In this document: piece after piece, positions 23,510 through 36,004 of the stretch
Position numbering within the stretch: the stretch's first letter is position 1
Layout of the letters: each line of letters begins with the position of its first letter
Assembly (NCBI GenBank): GCA_026770705.1
Contig: JANJGN010000008.1
Span: forward strand, 28,520,001-28,584,000
Direction of reading: 5' to 3'
Length of the DNA stretch: 64,000 nucleotides
Origin: Isurus oxyrinchus
Taxonomy: Eukaryota
Notes under the pieces: generated by a model
What the model saw: the letters and a program-made list of their open reading frames with translations, nothing else
Databases searched by the model: none
What the model was told of the DNA's origin: nothing
Made by a program: the position numbers and the translations under genes

Positions 23510-25199
23510 AACAATTCAGGGTGATGGCTTAGCGTCAGAATTCTGATGAAAAACCATCAATCTGAAGTGTTAAATATTTTTTCCTTCTTAACAAGGTCAT
23601 TTGTTTTCTTTTTTCCACTTTGTTCCTTAATTTGCTTTTCAAACCTTATGCTTCAGAGGTGTAACCCTGTGAATGGTGCTAACAGCACACTCTCCGTTCC
23701 ATTTTCAACAACTAAATTTCCTCTTGAGCTGTTAATGCAGAACAAAATTTTCATTAGCCTTAAAGCTATGAGGAAAACTCGAGTCCAGGTCAATAGTGTG
23801 ACAGGTGACTCTCTTTCAACAATCTGGTGTTCCCTCCCCTATGTGAAAGTGCCTGGTCAATCACTGCCTACAGACCCACACAGGGAACTCCCCATGGGTC
23901 AACTCAGCAAGCAAAGCACATTATCTTTGCCAGCTTTTGTTCAAACAGTAAAATGTCTCAACTGTTTATCATTTTGTGAATTAAATGACGTGCCTCAGTT
24001 ATAATTTTCACAAAAGGAAAGAAAAAATTCCCCGTAACTAACAGATGGAAGACAGCATTCACAGTGAGTGCGGTGCCATCTTGAGAGATTGTGTGTGATC
24101 ACAACTACCAGGATGAAAGGGTTAAATGTGAAATGTTCTGCTTATCTGTCACTGTGTTTCTCGGCCTGTGTATTATATATCTGAAATATTGCCGGATGTA
24201 TTGATTTGTTTGCATCTTGATCTTGTGTGAGATGGAAAGCTGAAGTCCTTTTTTAATGATACTTTTAGTGCAGGGAAAGGTGCAACAAAATTTGCTGTCT
24301 GGGAAATATCATTGAGGGCAGCACAACAAGAGGGGAACAGGCTGACAGTTCAGTGCCACCAGTTTCTGCCACTCCTTCACTTGTGCTTATCACAATGCTA
24401 ACTCTATATATGTGTAATACACAATGGATAAAAGGTGACAATTCACATTTGGTATTGTACAAATCATAGATGTCTAGGTGTCAACTCCTGTACATGTAGA
24501 AAAGTGGGATTTCTGGTACTACACAGCCTTTACTTGTACACTGTAAATTGAGTAACTCAGCAGAATAGCAGAGCTTGGTGGCTGAGAGCAGGAACAAACT
24601 GTGTTGGTGATGAAAGAATTGGTATTCATTTGCTGAAAGGCCTCCTTCAGTGCTGAAATTTCTCTGATTCTACTCAATGTCCACAGACAGGCACAGCAGT
24701 CTTAATCAGACAACCCTTGTGCAAGTGTTGTATGAGTGCCATAGTTGTACCAATCTCAGCTTTTCTCGCTATGCACTTGAGTTCATGAACAACAACTTGC
24801 ATTTATAGAATGCTTTTTTAACGTAGTAAAATGTCCCAAGGCACTTCACAGGAACATAAGCAGACAAAAAAATTAATGTTACAGCTGCTCTATCCTTGCC
24901 CAACACATTCCACGGAGTCCTGATAATCTGAATCTGTCCCTTGCAAAGCTGGTGCATTTTCAAGATTGACTCACTTATTCAATACGTACAATTCATGCTG
25001 CATTTTAAGATTTTTAAAAATCTGACGCAATTTTCACTTATTTTGTCTTTTCATAAGTATGATACTAATAACTTAATGAACATTGCAGAATACAGAACAC
25101 TGATCGTTTGTGGATAATCAGTGTAGCATTTTATGAATAGTCATATTTTTCATAATTAATAATATCATAGAACTCTGATTTACCAGAATTGCCTTCCTA

Positions 25200-25610
25200 A
25201 AGGGATATGGTGACAGAGTAGTAATGTCACTGGACCAGTAATCTAGAGGCCCAGGTTAATGCAGTGAGGTCATAGGTTAAATTTCCATTATGGTAGGTGT
25301 TGGTGATTTTTTTTAATAAATATATAATATATAATATATATATATATATATATAACTATGCTCAGTAATGGTAACCATGACAACTGTCATCAATTGTTGT
25401 GAAAAAGCATCTGGTTTACTAATGTCCTTTAGGGAAGGAAATCTGCCATCCTTACCTAGTCTGGCCTACATGTGACTCCAGACTCACAGTACTATGATTG
25501 ACTCTTAACTTCCTTCTGAAATGGCCTAGCAAACCATTCAATTCCTGGGCAATTAAGGCGGGACAACAAATGTTGACCTTGTCAGCGACACCTACATCTC
25601 AAGAAAAGAA
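25200..25610 (+). mobile_element. tRNA-derived SINE (with an internal TA microsatellite)
   Basis: tRNA-like head; core catctggtttactaatgtcctttagggaaggaaatctgccatccttacc shared with 40282-40541; LINE-like tail shared with 58550-58690. Confidence 0.75.
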
Positions 25611-27514
25611 AAGGCGGTGTATTATTTTCTTGACTCCCCATTATACCTGCTGCCTTTGATGTCTTGCTGTGACATAGTTTGATGATAAGGATGTCCCAAA
25701 ATGTTTTAGAGCCAATGAAGTACTTTCTGAAGTGCAGTGACTGTTGTAATGGAGGAACATGTGTGGTCGTCAGGAAGGACGACTGCCTCTGGCTGATTTA
25801 TTCCCCCAACCTCTTTATCTAGTGCAAGAGCACTGAGGCCTGTTAAAGCTGCCCAGTTGTTGCTGAGATCAGGTAATTCAGTGTAGAATCAAATCTATTG
25901 TTACCTTGTTTCACTTTGTAAAAATACAATGCTCACAAATGTGAGAAATGGGCCTGGATTTATAAGATGTGTATTTTTAGTGGGTGAACATTCCATTTAC
26001 ACAGCAGGTCATAGAATTCTGGTTGATACTGTTCCCACGCATTACTGTGCAGTATAGGTGACTCTGTAAACAAAGTCTATCTGAGCATAAAATTGAAATG
26101 GGCCAAATCTCTTCCCAGTGACTCCCATTGTATAGATTTCCTGATATAAATATAACACATCCCCCAGGTATCTAGGTTGTAATATTCTGCTCATAATTTA
26201 GTTAATCCTCTGCCAAATTGTACCTGGAGGCACCAGCACTTTTTTGGAATTAGTTGTAAATATACAGGTTTCTATTAACTGTTTCCTTCCGATTGCTAAA
26301 TGAACAGTTAAACAGGCTACAGGACAAAAGTTATTAAACTTTTTAAAATATTCTCACTAAGCATTTATTGTTAAGCTCCCAGGACAGCTTATTAGGCCTT
26401 AAACACATTCCTTTAGACTTGGGAAGTATCATTAGCTGGTCAGTAATATGGAGAGCTAGGGAGTGGCATTGGTAGGGGTGGGTTGTTGTGGGAGGTGGAG
26501 GGGGGTGGAGGGGGGTAGATTAGAAAGGGATGCCGTGGGTGTGACCTCTCAGTGTTACTGAGCATTTTGCGGGCAAGTTCCCTTTTAACACTGCACTGCT
26601 GTCTCTGTTGCTGCTATCTCGGTCAATGGGTTGTTCTGCGCCTGGGTGAATTAAAAGATCATGGGGTTCATGAATATACCTGGATGCAGCAAATAGAGGA
26701 AAACGAAATGCACCATCCTAATGAAGCCAACCTGATTTTTCAACCATTCATTTAAATGGAAGGATATTTGAGCTTGATTCCTCGCTGAAGTACAATCCTC
26801 CCTAATCGATTCTGCTGTGTTCTCTACACCCACCAGATCCGAAGCTCCCAGGTGCAGGAAATCTGCCCTATCGCTTCAGCTATGGATCGTAGAACTATAT
26901 GTCATAAATCAATATTAAATGGGTGGTTCTTTTCTTTATGGTATCGTGCTGCCCGCTTCTCATATGGAGGAGACAAAATACTCTGCAGTTTCACATGTTC
27001 GTGAGGTCAAAGAAACAGTCAGCCAAACGCCACAGTGTTTGAATAAATCATTGTCTGGCTCCTTGACTAATAAGACTCACTATTCTTCCCTGCGACATGC
27101 CTGCACAAATCAACCAGTCGACCGAAGAGATGGACAGTCTTCCGTGACAGTGACTTCTTGCCTGTTACCTAGTTACCTGTCCAATGTGAGGAGAGTTAAA
27201 TTGAAGGATTTCATTGGAGAGTCTGGGGAAATTTACTGTCCGCACAAGCTGACAGCCTGAATTATTTTAAAATCTTTGAACGAAGTTAGGACCATATATA
27301 GATATCGCACACATTTTCCTGGTAATAAACTGCACTGGTATATCGATAATGCTAAATTAATTACATCCCAATCTCCCGTGCACATTGTTGTGCATCATGG
27401 ATATGGGATGCACTGATAGGTGCTGCAGTCCTGTCAGGTCCATTTTGTATGCAAGCCCAGTTTGTCCAAGATGAGTGGACGAGCTCTGTTAAATCTAAAG
27501 CTCCAAGACAGCTC

Positions 27515-27665
27515 TACCTCTCTCCTAGCTCCAAAGAAGAGTCATATTCGACTCAAAACGTTAACTCTGTTTCTCTCACCACAGATGCTGCCAGACCTGC
27601 TGAGTTTTTCCAGCATTTTCTGTTTTTATTTCAGATTTCCAGCATCCACTGTTTTTGGCTTTTAT
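27515..27665 (+). mobile_element. Penelope-type 3' tail with a degenerate hammerhead motif
   Basis: ccaaagaagagtcatattcgactcaaaacgttaactctg...gatgctgccagacctgctgagtttttccagcattttctg. Confidence 0.7.
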
Positions 27666-27687
27666 GTTCCAAGACAAGGAGGTCTTA

Positions 27688-27972
27688 AGGCGCCGTGGTA
27701 GCATCCCTGCCTCTGTACCAGGAGTTCTAGGTTCAAGTCTTGTCATGGACTTCATGTCCAGGATGGCCATGGAAGGTTTATAATGTGGCCAAACAGGTTG
27801 ATCACCAGCCTGTAAATCCCTCTGATATGCCTGATGGTGAGCGGGAGAGTTTCCTGGTCAACCATACCGCAGAAGGCAACAGCAGTACTTTTCCAAGTAT
27901 AATTATGGACTAATCCAATGGAAGTCGATGGTCGTCAACACCCTCTTGGGCATGGTACCTGAGGAGGAGAAG
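27688..27972 (+). mobile_element. Probable SINE (tRNA-like head, RTE-like tail)
   Basis: Head gtggtagcatccctgcctctg..ggttcaagtc; tail ggcatggtacctgaggaggagaag. Confidence 0.45.
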
Positions 27973-28500
27973 GTTCCAAGACAGCTAATGGGGTTTTCAC
28001 TTCAGCTACAGATGATGGAATGAGCTGTTAACATAAATCTCTTGTTTCCTCTTATTGGGAAGGGAACAGGCAATAGGGGACAATCGTGGAGGTGAGCTGG
28101 AGGATCAACCACGTTTCTGTTGAATGACAGGGCAGGCTCATGGGGCTATTTGACTTCTCTTGCTCCTATTTCTTATGTGACGGTGACCCTTCCCTGATGC
28201 AAGTGTGACCAGACAGACAAGATGAACATGTAAGATGTTTAAATTATTTCAACAGGGTAGATACAAAAAAAACTATGACCTTTGCTGGGGAAATGATGAA
28301 CAAGGGGACATAATTTTACAAGTAGTGCCAAACTATTTAGCAGTGAAATTGGGGAGCACCTTTTCACATAAAGGGTATTGGAAATCTGGAAGCCTTGCCC
28401 CCCGTAAGGGTATGGGTGCTGGGTTAGTTGAAATTTTTGAGACTAGGATAATCTTTTGTGAACTAATCGTATCAATAAATATTGAGCAAATGCAGTTGAA

Positions 28501-29335
28501 CAGCAGCAACAACTTATATTCATGTAGCACTTTAACATAATGAAACATCCCAAGGTGCTTCATAGGAGTATTGTAAAACAAACTATGACACTGAGCCACA
28601 TAAGGAGACATTAAGTCAGATGACCAAAAGCTTGGTTAAAGAGGTAGGTTTCAAGGAGTCTTAAGAAAGCAAGGGAGGGAAGCAGGAAGGTGTAGGGAAG
28701 GCATTCCAGAGCTTGGGGCCCAGGCAACTGAAAGCACAGCCATCAATGGTGGAGCATTTGTAATTGGGGATGCACAAAAGGCCAGAATTAGAGGAGCACT
28801 GATATCTCAAAAGGTTGTGGGGCTGAAAGAGATGACAGAGATAGGGAGGGGCGAGGCCATGGAGGGGTTTAAAAACAAGGATGAGAATTTTAAAGTGAGA
28901 CATTGCTTGAATGGGAACCAATTTAGGTCAACGAACGCTGAGACGATAGAGGAATGGAATTTGCTGCAACTTAAAACACAGGCAGCAGAGTTTTGGATGA
29001 CCTCAAGTTTACAGAGAATAGAATGTGGGAGACCAGTCGGAGGTGCCTTGGAATAGTGGAAACTAGTGGTAACGAAGACATGAATGAGAGTTTTGGCTGC
29101 AGATGAGCTGAGACGGGACGAAGTCAACCAATGTTATGGAGGTGGAAATAGATGATCCTATTGATGGCACGAAAATGAGATTGGAAGCTTATCTTGGGAT
29201 CACATGTGATACCAAGGTTGTGAACAAACTGACTTCATCTCAGTTTGCTAGGAAGAGGGACAGAGTCTGTAGCCAGGGAACAGAGTTTGGACCGGGGACC
29301 AAAATCAATGGCTTCAGTTTTCCTAATATTTAATT
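28501..29335 (-). mobile_element. L2 LINE 3' fragment
   Basis: LSSSAAKTLIHVFVTTSFHYS..KLEVIQNSAACVLS; FKILILVFKPLHGLAPPYL..AFSCLGPKLWNAFP. Confidence 0.85.
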
Positions 29336-29591
29336 GGCAATTTGGCCTGTATGGGCATTAATCTGATAAAATTCTGGAACATGCTCGAGCAGCTGAATGA
29401 CGTAGTCATATTTTTATGGTCCCATGGATACTTCAGAGGTAATTCATTAGCTGGAAAGGGCTTTGGATGTCCTGAAGACATAAAAGGTGGTGCATAAATA
29501 CAAAGTCCATTTTTTTATTGAGTAAGAAAATCATTTTGCATGTACAAGTAGGACTAGCAAGTTAATAATACGTAGACAATAGTGACACATT

Positions 29592-30174
29592 GGGCCTTAA
29601 CTTCTGACTGACGTCGGAAAGTGCTGGCCGCAGAAATTAGAAGAAATAATTGCACACTTATCTGGTCTTGAAAATTGCGTTGACTGGGTTGGAGGGGGGG
29701 GTGCGGGGGGCAGAGGTCGGGGGGTCAAAATGTTAGGGGGGTCTGGGGGGGCGGTGTCCAGAGGTTGGAAGGGGGGAGGTGGGGTGTTTGAGGTCGGGGG
29801 TGGGGATCTGATGTTGGGTGTGGGGGGGGGGGGGGGGGGGGGGTGGCGGGGGGCGAAGTGGGGTTGTCAGAGGTCGGGGTGGTGGGGAATGGGGCGAGTC
29901 CCATGGGTTCGCTCTGAGTATTTACAATAGTTACTCAGAAGAAGAGGTTTTAATTCTTTTAACCTTTTCTGGGTAACTAATGGTATAACCCGAGTGGAAC
30001 CATCCGAAGTTTGCGATTTAAATCATATTTTCAGATGGTCCCCAATGCAATGCAATTGTCCAGAGGAAGTTAGCACTTCTGGGCAATTGCCATGCAAACC
30101 CTTGCCTGGGAACTTGCCAGAGGGTATCTTTGGGGTACAAATCCAACATTGGAGAGCTCGGAAGTTACTGGCCA
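29592..30174. mobile_element. TIR-bounded non-autonomous element with a G-run interior
   Basis: Imperfect TIRs gggccttaacttc...ggaagttactggcc; poly-G at ~29822-29843. Confidence 0.45.
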
Positions 30175-31883
30175 ATCACTTTGAGAAATTAGCAAGTGTG
30201 GGTAAGTGTGCTTTCCGGTATTAACAAATCAGTGCCAGCAGCATTCGCATCAGGAATGATTTTGGAACATTCCCCTGATAATTCAGCAAGATTCTCAGTG
30301 AGTAGCTGAGCTTAAATATCATGTAGGTGCCAGGTTGATCCCTGAGATAATGTAGTTTGCCGATGCCTGGGTGATTTTAAAGTTGAGCAGGAACGTTGCA
30401 GTCAGGGACTGAGGAGCCTTTACCTCCCGGGTCCCTGGTACATAATCAGAGGCAGTTTCCTGTCCAAACCTTGGAGTAAGAACTTTGTGGTCAATAGACA
30501 GCAGTGGGATTTCAGATGACGAAAGAGCTCCTCTGGGATTCCCCAATCGAATTGGGGAATCCCTGGCACCATGGTTCACCTTAGGATGGTGCTCAGGCTT
30601 TTGTGTAGGAGAGGCCTGATGTTCTCCTAGTGCATAAGGTAAGTTTTTTTTAAGTATTGGGTTTAAATGAAATGATATCATCTGTGCCCAGTCTGCATAT
30701 TTAAACAAGGGCTCCCACTGGCTTTGTGAGCATGTCCTCAAGGCCTGCAATTTAGAATTGCAGCCACCAGGATCGTGGCAAGAGGCCAGCGGATATGTCT
30801 TTCACTCCATCTTAACTGCCCCCTAATGCTGGGTTCTGTTGGGCTAAGAAAGTTAAAATACTGCCTCTCATTCTTGGTGCTAACATTGATAAATACGTAA
30901 AGGCCACTTGGGTGAGTCATTGGAAGGCATCAGATGTCTCAAACATCAACTTCAGAAGGAGAGGGAGAATACTGAGAATGATTTTAGACCGTCATGTACA
31001 GAGTCCTCATTTGGATCCCTGTTTTGGACTCATATCCACATATTCATTATTCCTTCTCTAATACATATTGATCTTATTATCACTTCATAATGAGCTGTTG
31101 ATTGCTTCTCAATAAATTTGTGTAATTACTTTCAATTTGTTACTCCCGGAACAGTATGTTGTGGCCGGAATACAGTGCATTAAAAAACATGCTACCTGAA
31201 CTTATTTAAATACTGCAATCTCAGTTTGTGGCTCAGATCCCTGCAATGATCCACTCAAACTTTACTCAAGCAGTTTATAATGTAACATGAACCCTTCAGT
31301 GAGATGCTGCCTTGGATTCATTCCCGGGTGTTCATTATTCAGTGTACAGACCACCTGAGTCCCTCGATTAAATTACTGCCTGTAAATCACTCCCAGATAT
31401 CCATTATACTCTATATGATAATAAGAAAACCTTGTTGACAACTCATTTTAAAGGAATTGAAAACATGGTTTGAAGCACCTTATCTGTGGTTTAGGTATGA
31501 AGTCCCTTGACTTCCTTAAGCACCACATAGCTACTCGGATGACTCTTTGTAGTTCGGTTGGTTTGAGGAAGCCTTGAGATGAAATGATTTCACAATTAGA
31601 ACCCAGGAGAGTTACTTCCAATTGACTGATATTATGAAGTTGCATAGCAACATGGAAATTTGAAACCAGCAGAGAAATACATACTTAGCGATGACAAAAT
31701 CTTCACCTGGGACTGGAAACAGGGCAATCTGTGAGTATGTCCAGTCCCCACACTGTTGAACAACACAAGGCCCTAGGGCTTTCATCCTGTCCCACTGGAT
31801 AATTTGATGTAGCTTTCTTAATCATTCAAATCAGACTGACTTACCAATGTTAAGTAGTGCCACAGCGGGGATGGGGAGTGTAT

Positions 31884-33147
31884 GAGCCAGATTTAAACAG
31901 AGAGTTAGGAAGACTCCGTAGACCTTTAAAAATGGTAGGCATGGATCGGATGCAGAAGTCCTGCTCCTATTTCAAAGAGATCTAACATTTTGCCGGTTGG
32001 AAAAAGCAGGCAGGATATGATCCACACAGGAAGGAAAGCTGAATTCAGCAGGGCCTTTTGAACTCAAAGCTGAATTCAAGCAGACCCCATTTTGCCTGTC
32101 ATTGCAAGGGCTTTACCCCCCAAATGGGAGTCACCAATTGATGGAGTAAAGGTAAACACTCTTGAGAGTAGATAACTTCTGTATAACTCTCATGATCTGA
32201 AGTTTTTTTTAAATGTCCCGCTCATTAAACTTTAATAAAAACAGGCTGCAGCTGTCAGTGAGAATTTTTAAAAACCCTCTGATGGACTTGATTAACAGGC
32301 ATAGGTTTGAAAAAAAGTAGCATCTGTTTTTTCACTTCCAATTGAGTTCTTTGTTAACATTTACCTAAGGGCTATAATTATGACATATTGAACGCTTAGC
32401 TGAGTTTCAAAAGTCATAGCTATCTCAGTAGGGGCTCTGAGTTCACAGTTTGATTGACAATTTAAAGAGGCCATTAAAGGATTATGTGTCTATGATGTGG
32501 GGTCTGAATAGAAGTTTGTTTGTTTTTATAAGTGATTAACCACTTGAGGGGATTTAAAAGCTTTGAATGGGTTTGACAAATGTTTTTTTTTATTTGCTAT
32601 CAAATGTAAAGGTGTGAGAACTGTATTAGATTGTTAGGAGTTTATTCATCTCCTCATGGCTCCTGACATCTGCCCATGATAGATATGGAATGAATGGCTA
32701 TGGAAGTGGCATGCGGGTATGCAGGGGTCATTGGGAGAGATGGGGGCATGGAGTTGGCATAGAGGTGGCATGAAAGTTATGAGGGGACATGGGTAGGTGA
32801 GTGCATGAGTTGGCATGGGAGGTGGCATGGAGGGATGGAAGGTGTGAGGTGCCATGGGGGTGGGTGGGTGGAGTTGAGGAGGTTGGGGGCTAGAGGACCT
32901 AATAACTTCAAAAACAACTGGAACAGTGTCCCAGAACCGAGGCAAGTCTTCGAATGAGCCTGCCTCAGCACTTGCTTGCCCTGTGACCACTTACACACAG
33001 CATCCAGGGTCAGCGGGCTTGACTCCATCCCAGACCTGCCCCCAGAATGCAAATCGCATGATTTGGGGAACTTTTTACTCAGGTAGGTCCAGCAAGTCAG
33101 AAAATTTCCTGATTTGAGCTACCCACGTCGGCAGCCAAAATCTGGCC
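31884..33147 (-). mobile_element. Family C non-autonomous TIR element (inverted relative to 18511-20193)
   Basis: Ends gagccagattt...aaaatctggcc; internal homology to 18511-20193 without the CR1 insert. Confidence 0.6.
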
Positions 33148-33419
33148 TTATATTTCAGCCAAGCTCCACAACTTGTTCTTGTGAAGGTTGCTCAGCCCCA
33201 TTGGGCCAGGTTGTGGAAGAAAGGTTTCTGAGTTATTGCAGCACATGATAAATGTATCCATTACACAGCAGTGTTATCTATAAGAATAATGTCCAAGGCA
33301 TTGTAACATCAGGGACCCATATAGTCTGTTACTTGGCATTTGAGTAATGAACATGTTCCTGGTCCTGAGATTAGAGTTGGGCCCTGGTGTCTTGCTGTTT
33401 GCAAAATAATGTCATTGGA

Positions 33420-34645
33420 ACTTGGAACAGATGTAGACCATTCAGCCTGTTGAGCTTTCTCCACCATTCAATTAAGTCATGGCTGTTCATCTACATGAAC
33501 TCCACTTTCTCACATTATCACCATATCCCTTAAAGTCATTAGTCTCCAGAAACCTATCAATTTCTGTTTTGAATATATTCAATGATTGCGCTTCCACAGC
33601 CCTCTGGGGTAGAGAATTCCAAAAATTCATCACCCTCTGAGTGAAGAAATCCCTCCTCATCTCAGTCTTAAATCACCTTTCCCTTATCCTGAAACTATGC
33701 CCTCTAGTTTTAGAACCAACCAGGGGAAACATCTTATCCACATCCACCCTGCCACACTCTGTAAGAATTTTGTAAGTTTCAATGAGGTCACCCCTCATTC
33801 TTCGGGAATACAGGTGCAGTCTCCTCAATCTCTCCTCATAAGACAATCCTGCCATCCCAGACTGGCGAACCTCCATTGCACTCCCTCTATGGCAAGTATA
33901 TCCCCCCTTATAATAAGGGGACCAAAACTGTAGACAATACTCCAGGTGAGATCTCACCAAGGCTCTATACAATTGCAGCAAGGCATTATCACTCCTGTAC
34001 TGAAATCCCCATGTGATGAAGGCCAACACACCATTTGCCTGCCTAATTGCTTGCTGCACCTGCATGCTAGCTTTTAGTGACTCATGAACAAGGACACCCA
34101 GGTCCTTTTGGACACACGCACTTCTCAACCTCTCACCATTTATGAAATATTCTGCCTTTCTGTTTTTTCTCCCAAAGTGAGTAACTTTACACTTATTCAC
34201 ATTACATTCCAACTGCCATGTTCTAGCCTATTCACTGAGCCTGTCCAAGCTCTTGAAGCCTCCTTGCATCCTCCTCACAAGTTACGTTCCCACCCAGTTT
34301 GGTGTCATCGGAAATATTACAGTTGGTCTCCACATCTAAATCATTTATATAGATTGTGAACAGCTGTGGCCCCAGCACTGATCCTTGCAGTACCCCATTA
34401 GTAACAGCCTGCAACCCTGAGAACGATCCGTTTATTTCTACTCTCTACTTTAAGTCTGTTAACCAATTCTCAATCCCTACTAGTACATTTCCCCCAATCC
34501 CATGCACCCTAATTTTATTTACTCCTGCTTGGGACCTTGTCAAAAGCCTTCTGAAAACCCAAATACACCACATCCCTGGTTCTCCTCTATCAATGTTACA
34601 AGTAATATCCTCAAAAAAACTCCAATAAGTTTGTCAAACATGAGT
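33420..34645 (-). mobile_element. CR1 LINE ORF2 (RT C-terminal half) + 3' UTR, decayed
   Basis: VTNGVLQGSVLGPQLFTIYINDLD..DDTKLGG; NVNKCKVTHFGRKN..KDLGVLVH..LYRALVRSHLEYC. Confidence 0.9.
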
Positions 34646-35126
34646 TTTTATTTAATTGCTGCCAGTGTCATTGACTAAGAACTTCTTGGAGAGTTAGGAC
34701 ATTGTAATGGTGCAGCTAGATCGCAGGGTCCAAGTGACAGTGCAAAGATTTCTAGGAAATTATGGCGCCAATAGTTTCAGCCATTACATAAACCACACCA
34801 CAATTTCCTCGCATTTTTAAACCACCCCCCATTATTTCCCCCGTAATTTCTTGAAACTTTGAAAACTTCCACTCTCCAATAAACATCATTGGTGAGATCG
34901 AGTCAACTGTGAATGCAACTGTGCTTGGTACAGCCACTTAGACCATTATAGAATAAGACTGGAAGGCTCAGTATGTTTCATGTAATTACAGGAATTATAA
35001 TTTACTTTTAAACTTAAGAAATAATTGCACTGTCCTCATTCAATGCTGCATTTTTTATTATTCTGTGATGCCATGCTATCATGTCTAGGGTCACCGGTGC
35101 AAAATGAAAAATACAGAAATTTTTGG

Positions 35127-35745
35127 GGGCAAAATTTTGCCCTTGATGGGGGTGGTCAGAAAGCCAACCATCACCTGCTATCAGGGCCGGACTACGATTT
35201 CATGCTGGTAGGCCAATTAAGGCCCACCCAGTGTGAAACATGCACGGCTGCTTTCAACGCTGCCTATGTGGGAGGGGGGAGGAGGGCGAGCATGCATATT
35301 GGTGGGCACTGGAAAAGCTCCCTGAGGCATAGAGCTGCCTCAAGGAGATGAAGAGTTTTGAACATTAAAAATAAAGATTTAAAGAATGTTATAAATCATG
35401 TCCCCTCATATGGCTCTGTCACCTGAGCAGCGACATGTTATTAATGAAATGTTAAAATTTTAATATTATTTTTATTTGTTGCTGGAAACTTCACCCCGCC
35501 TGTGGTTAAGGTTTCCTGAAAACTCCAAAGGTCGCTTGTCCTTTTCACCTGCCCGCCAACAGTAAAGTTGGATGGACAGCAAAAAATTTCTTTCAATTAT
35601 AACTTTAATGGTCTTAATAGGCCTTTTAATTGTCGGCGGGCGCTCTGCTGTCTCCTGCATGCGCCTGCTGACCGAAATATCGCACATCATTTTACACTCG
35701 GTCGGGTCAGGTATGCACCCACCAGACAAGCGTTATATTCTGGCC
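35127..35745 (-). mobile_element. MITE family A copy (inverted)
   Basis: Ends gggcaaaattttg...tatattctggcc; reverse-complement homology to 4997-5670. Confidence 0.7.
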
Positions 35746-36004
35746 TATATGTATCTGGTAGGAGCAGTTTGTCAGTTTTTTGCCTTAAACTACCATTCAA
35801 ATATGACTTATTTTACATGTAATGGGTTTCTTAATCCTGTGTGTGTGAATGTGGCCATTGTGATCACAGTGTGTCCATTTACATCTATTTACAATTCAAG
35901 TAGCAAGTCAGAAGTTAAAAGCCTGTGGTTTCTATATTGTTTGTGCAACCTCAATGGGAAGGGATGTTCCATCTAATGAAACAACCAGATAGATATAAAT
36001 ACTG

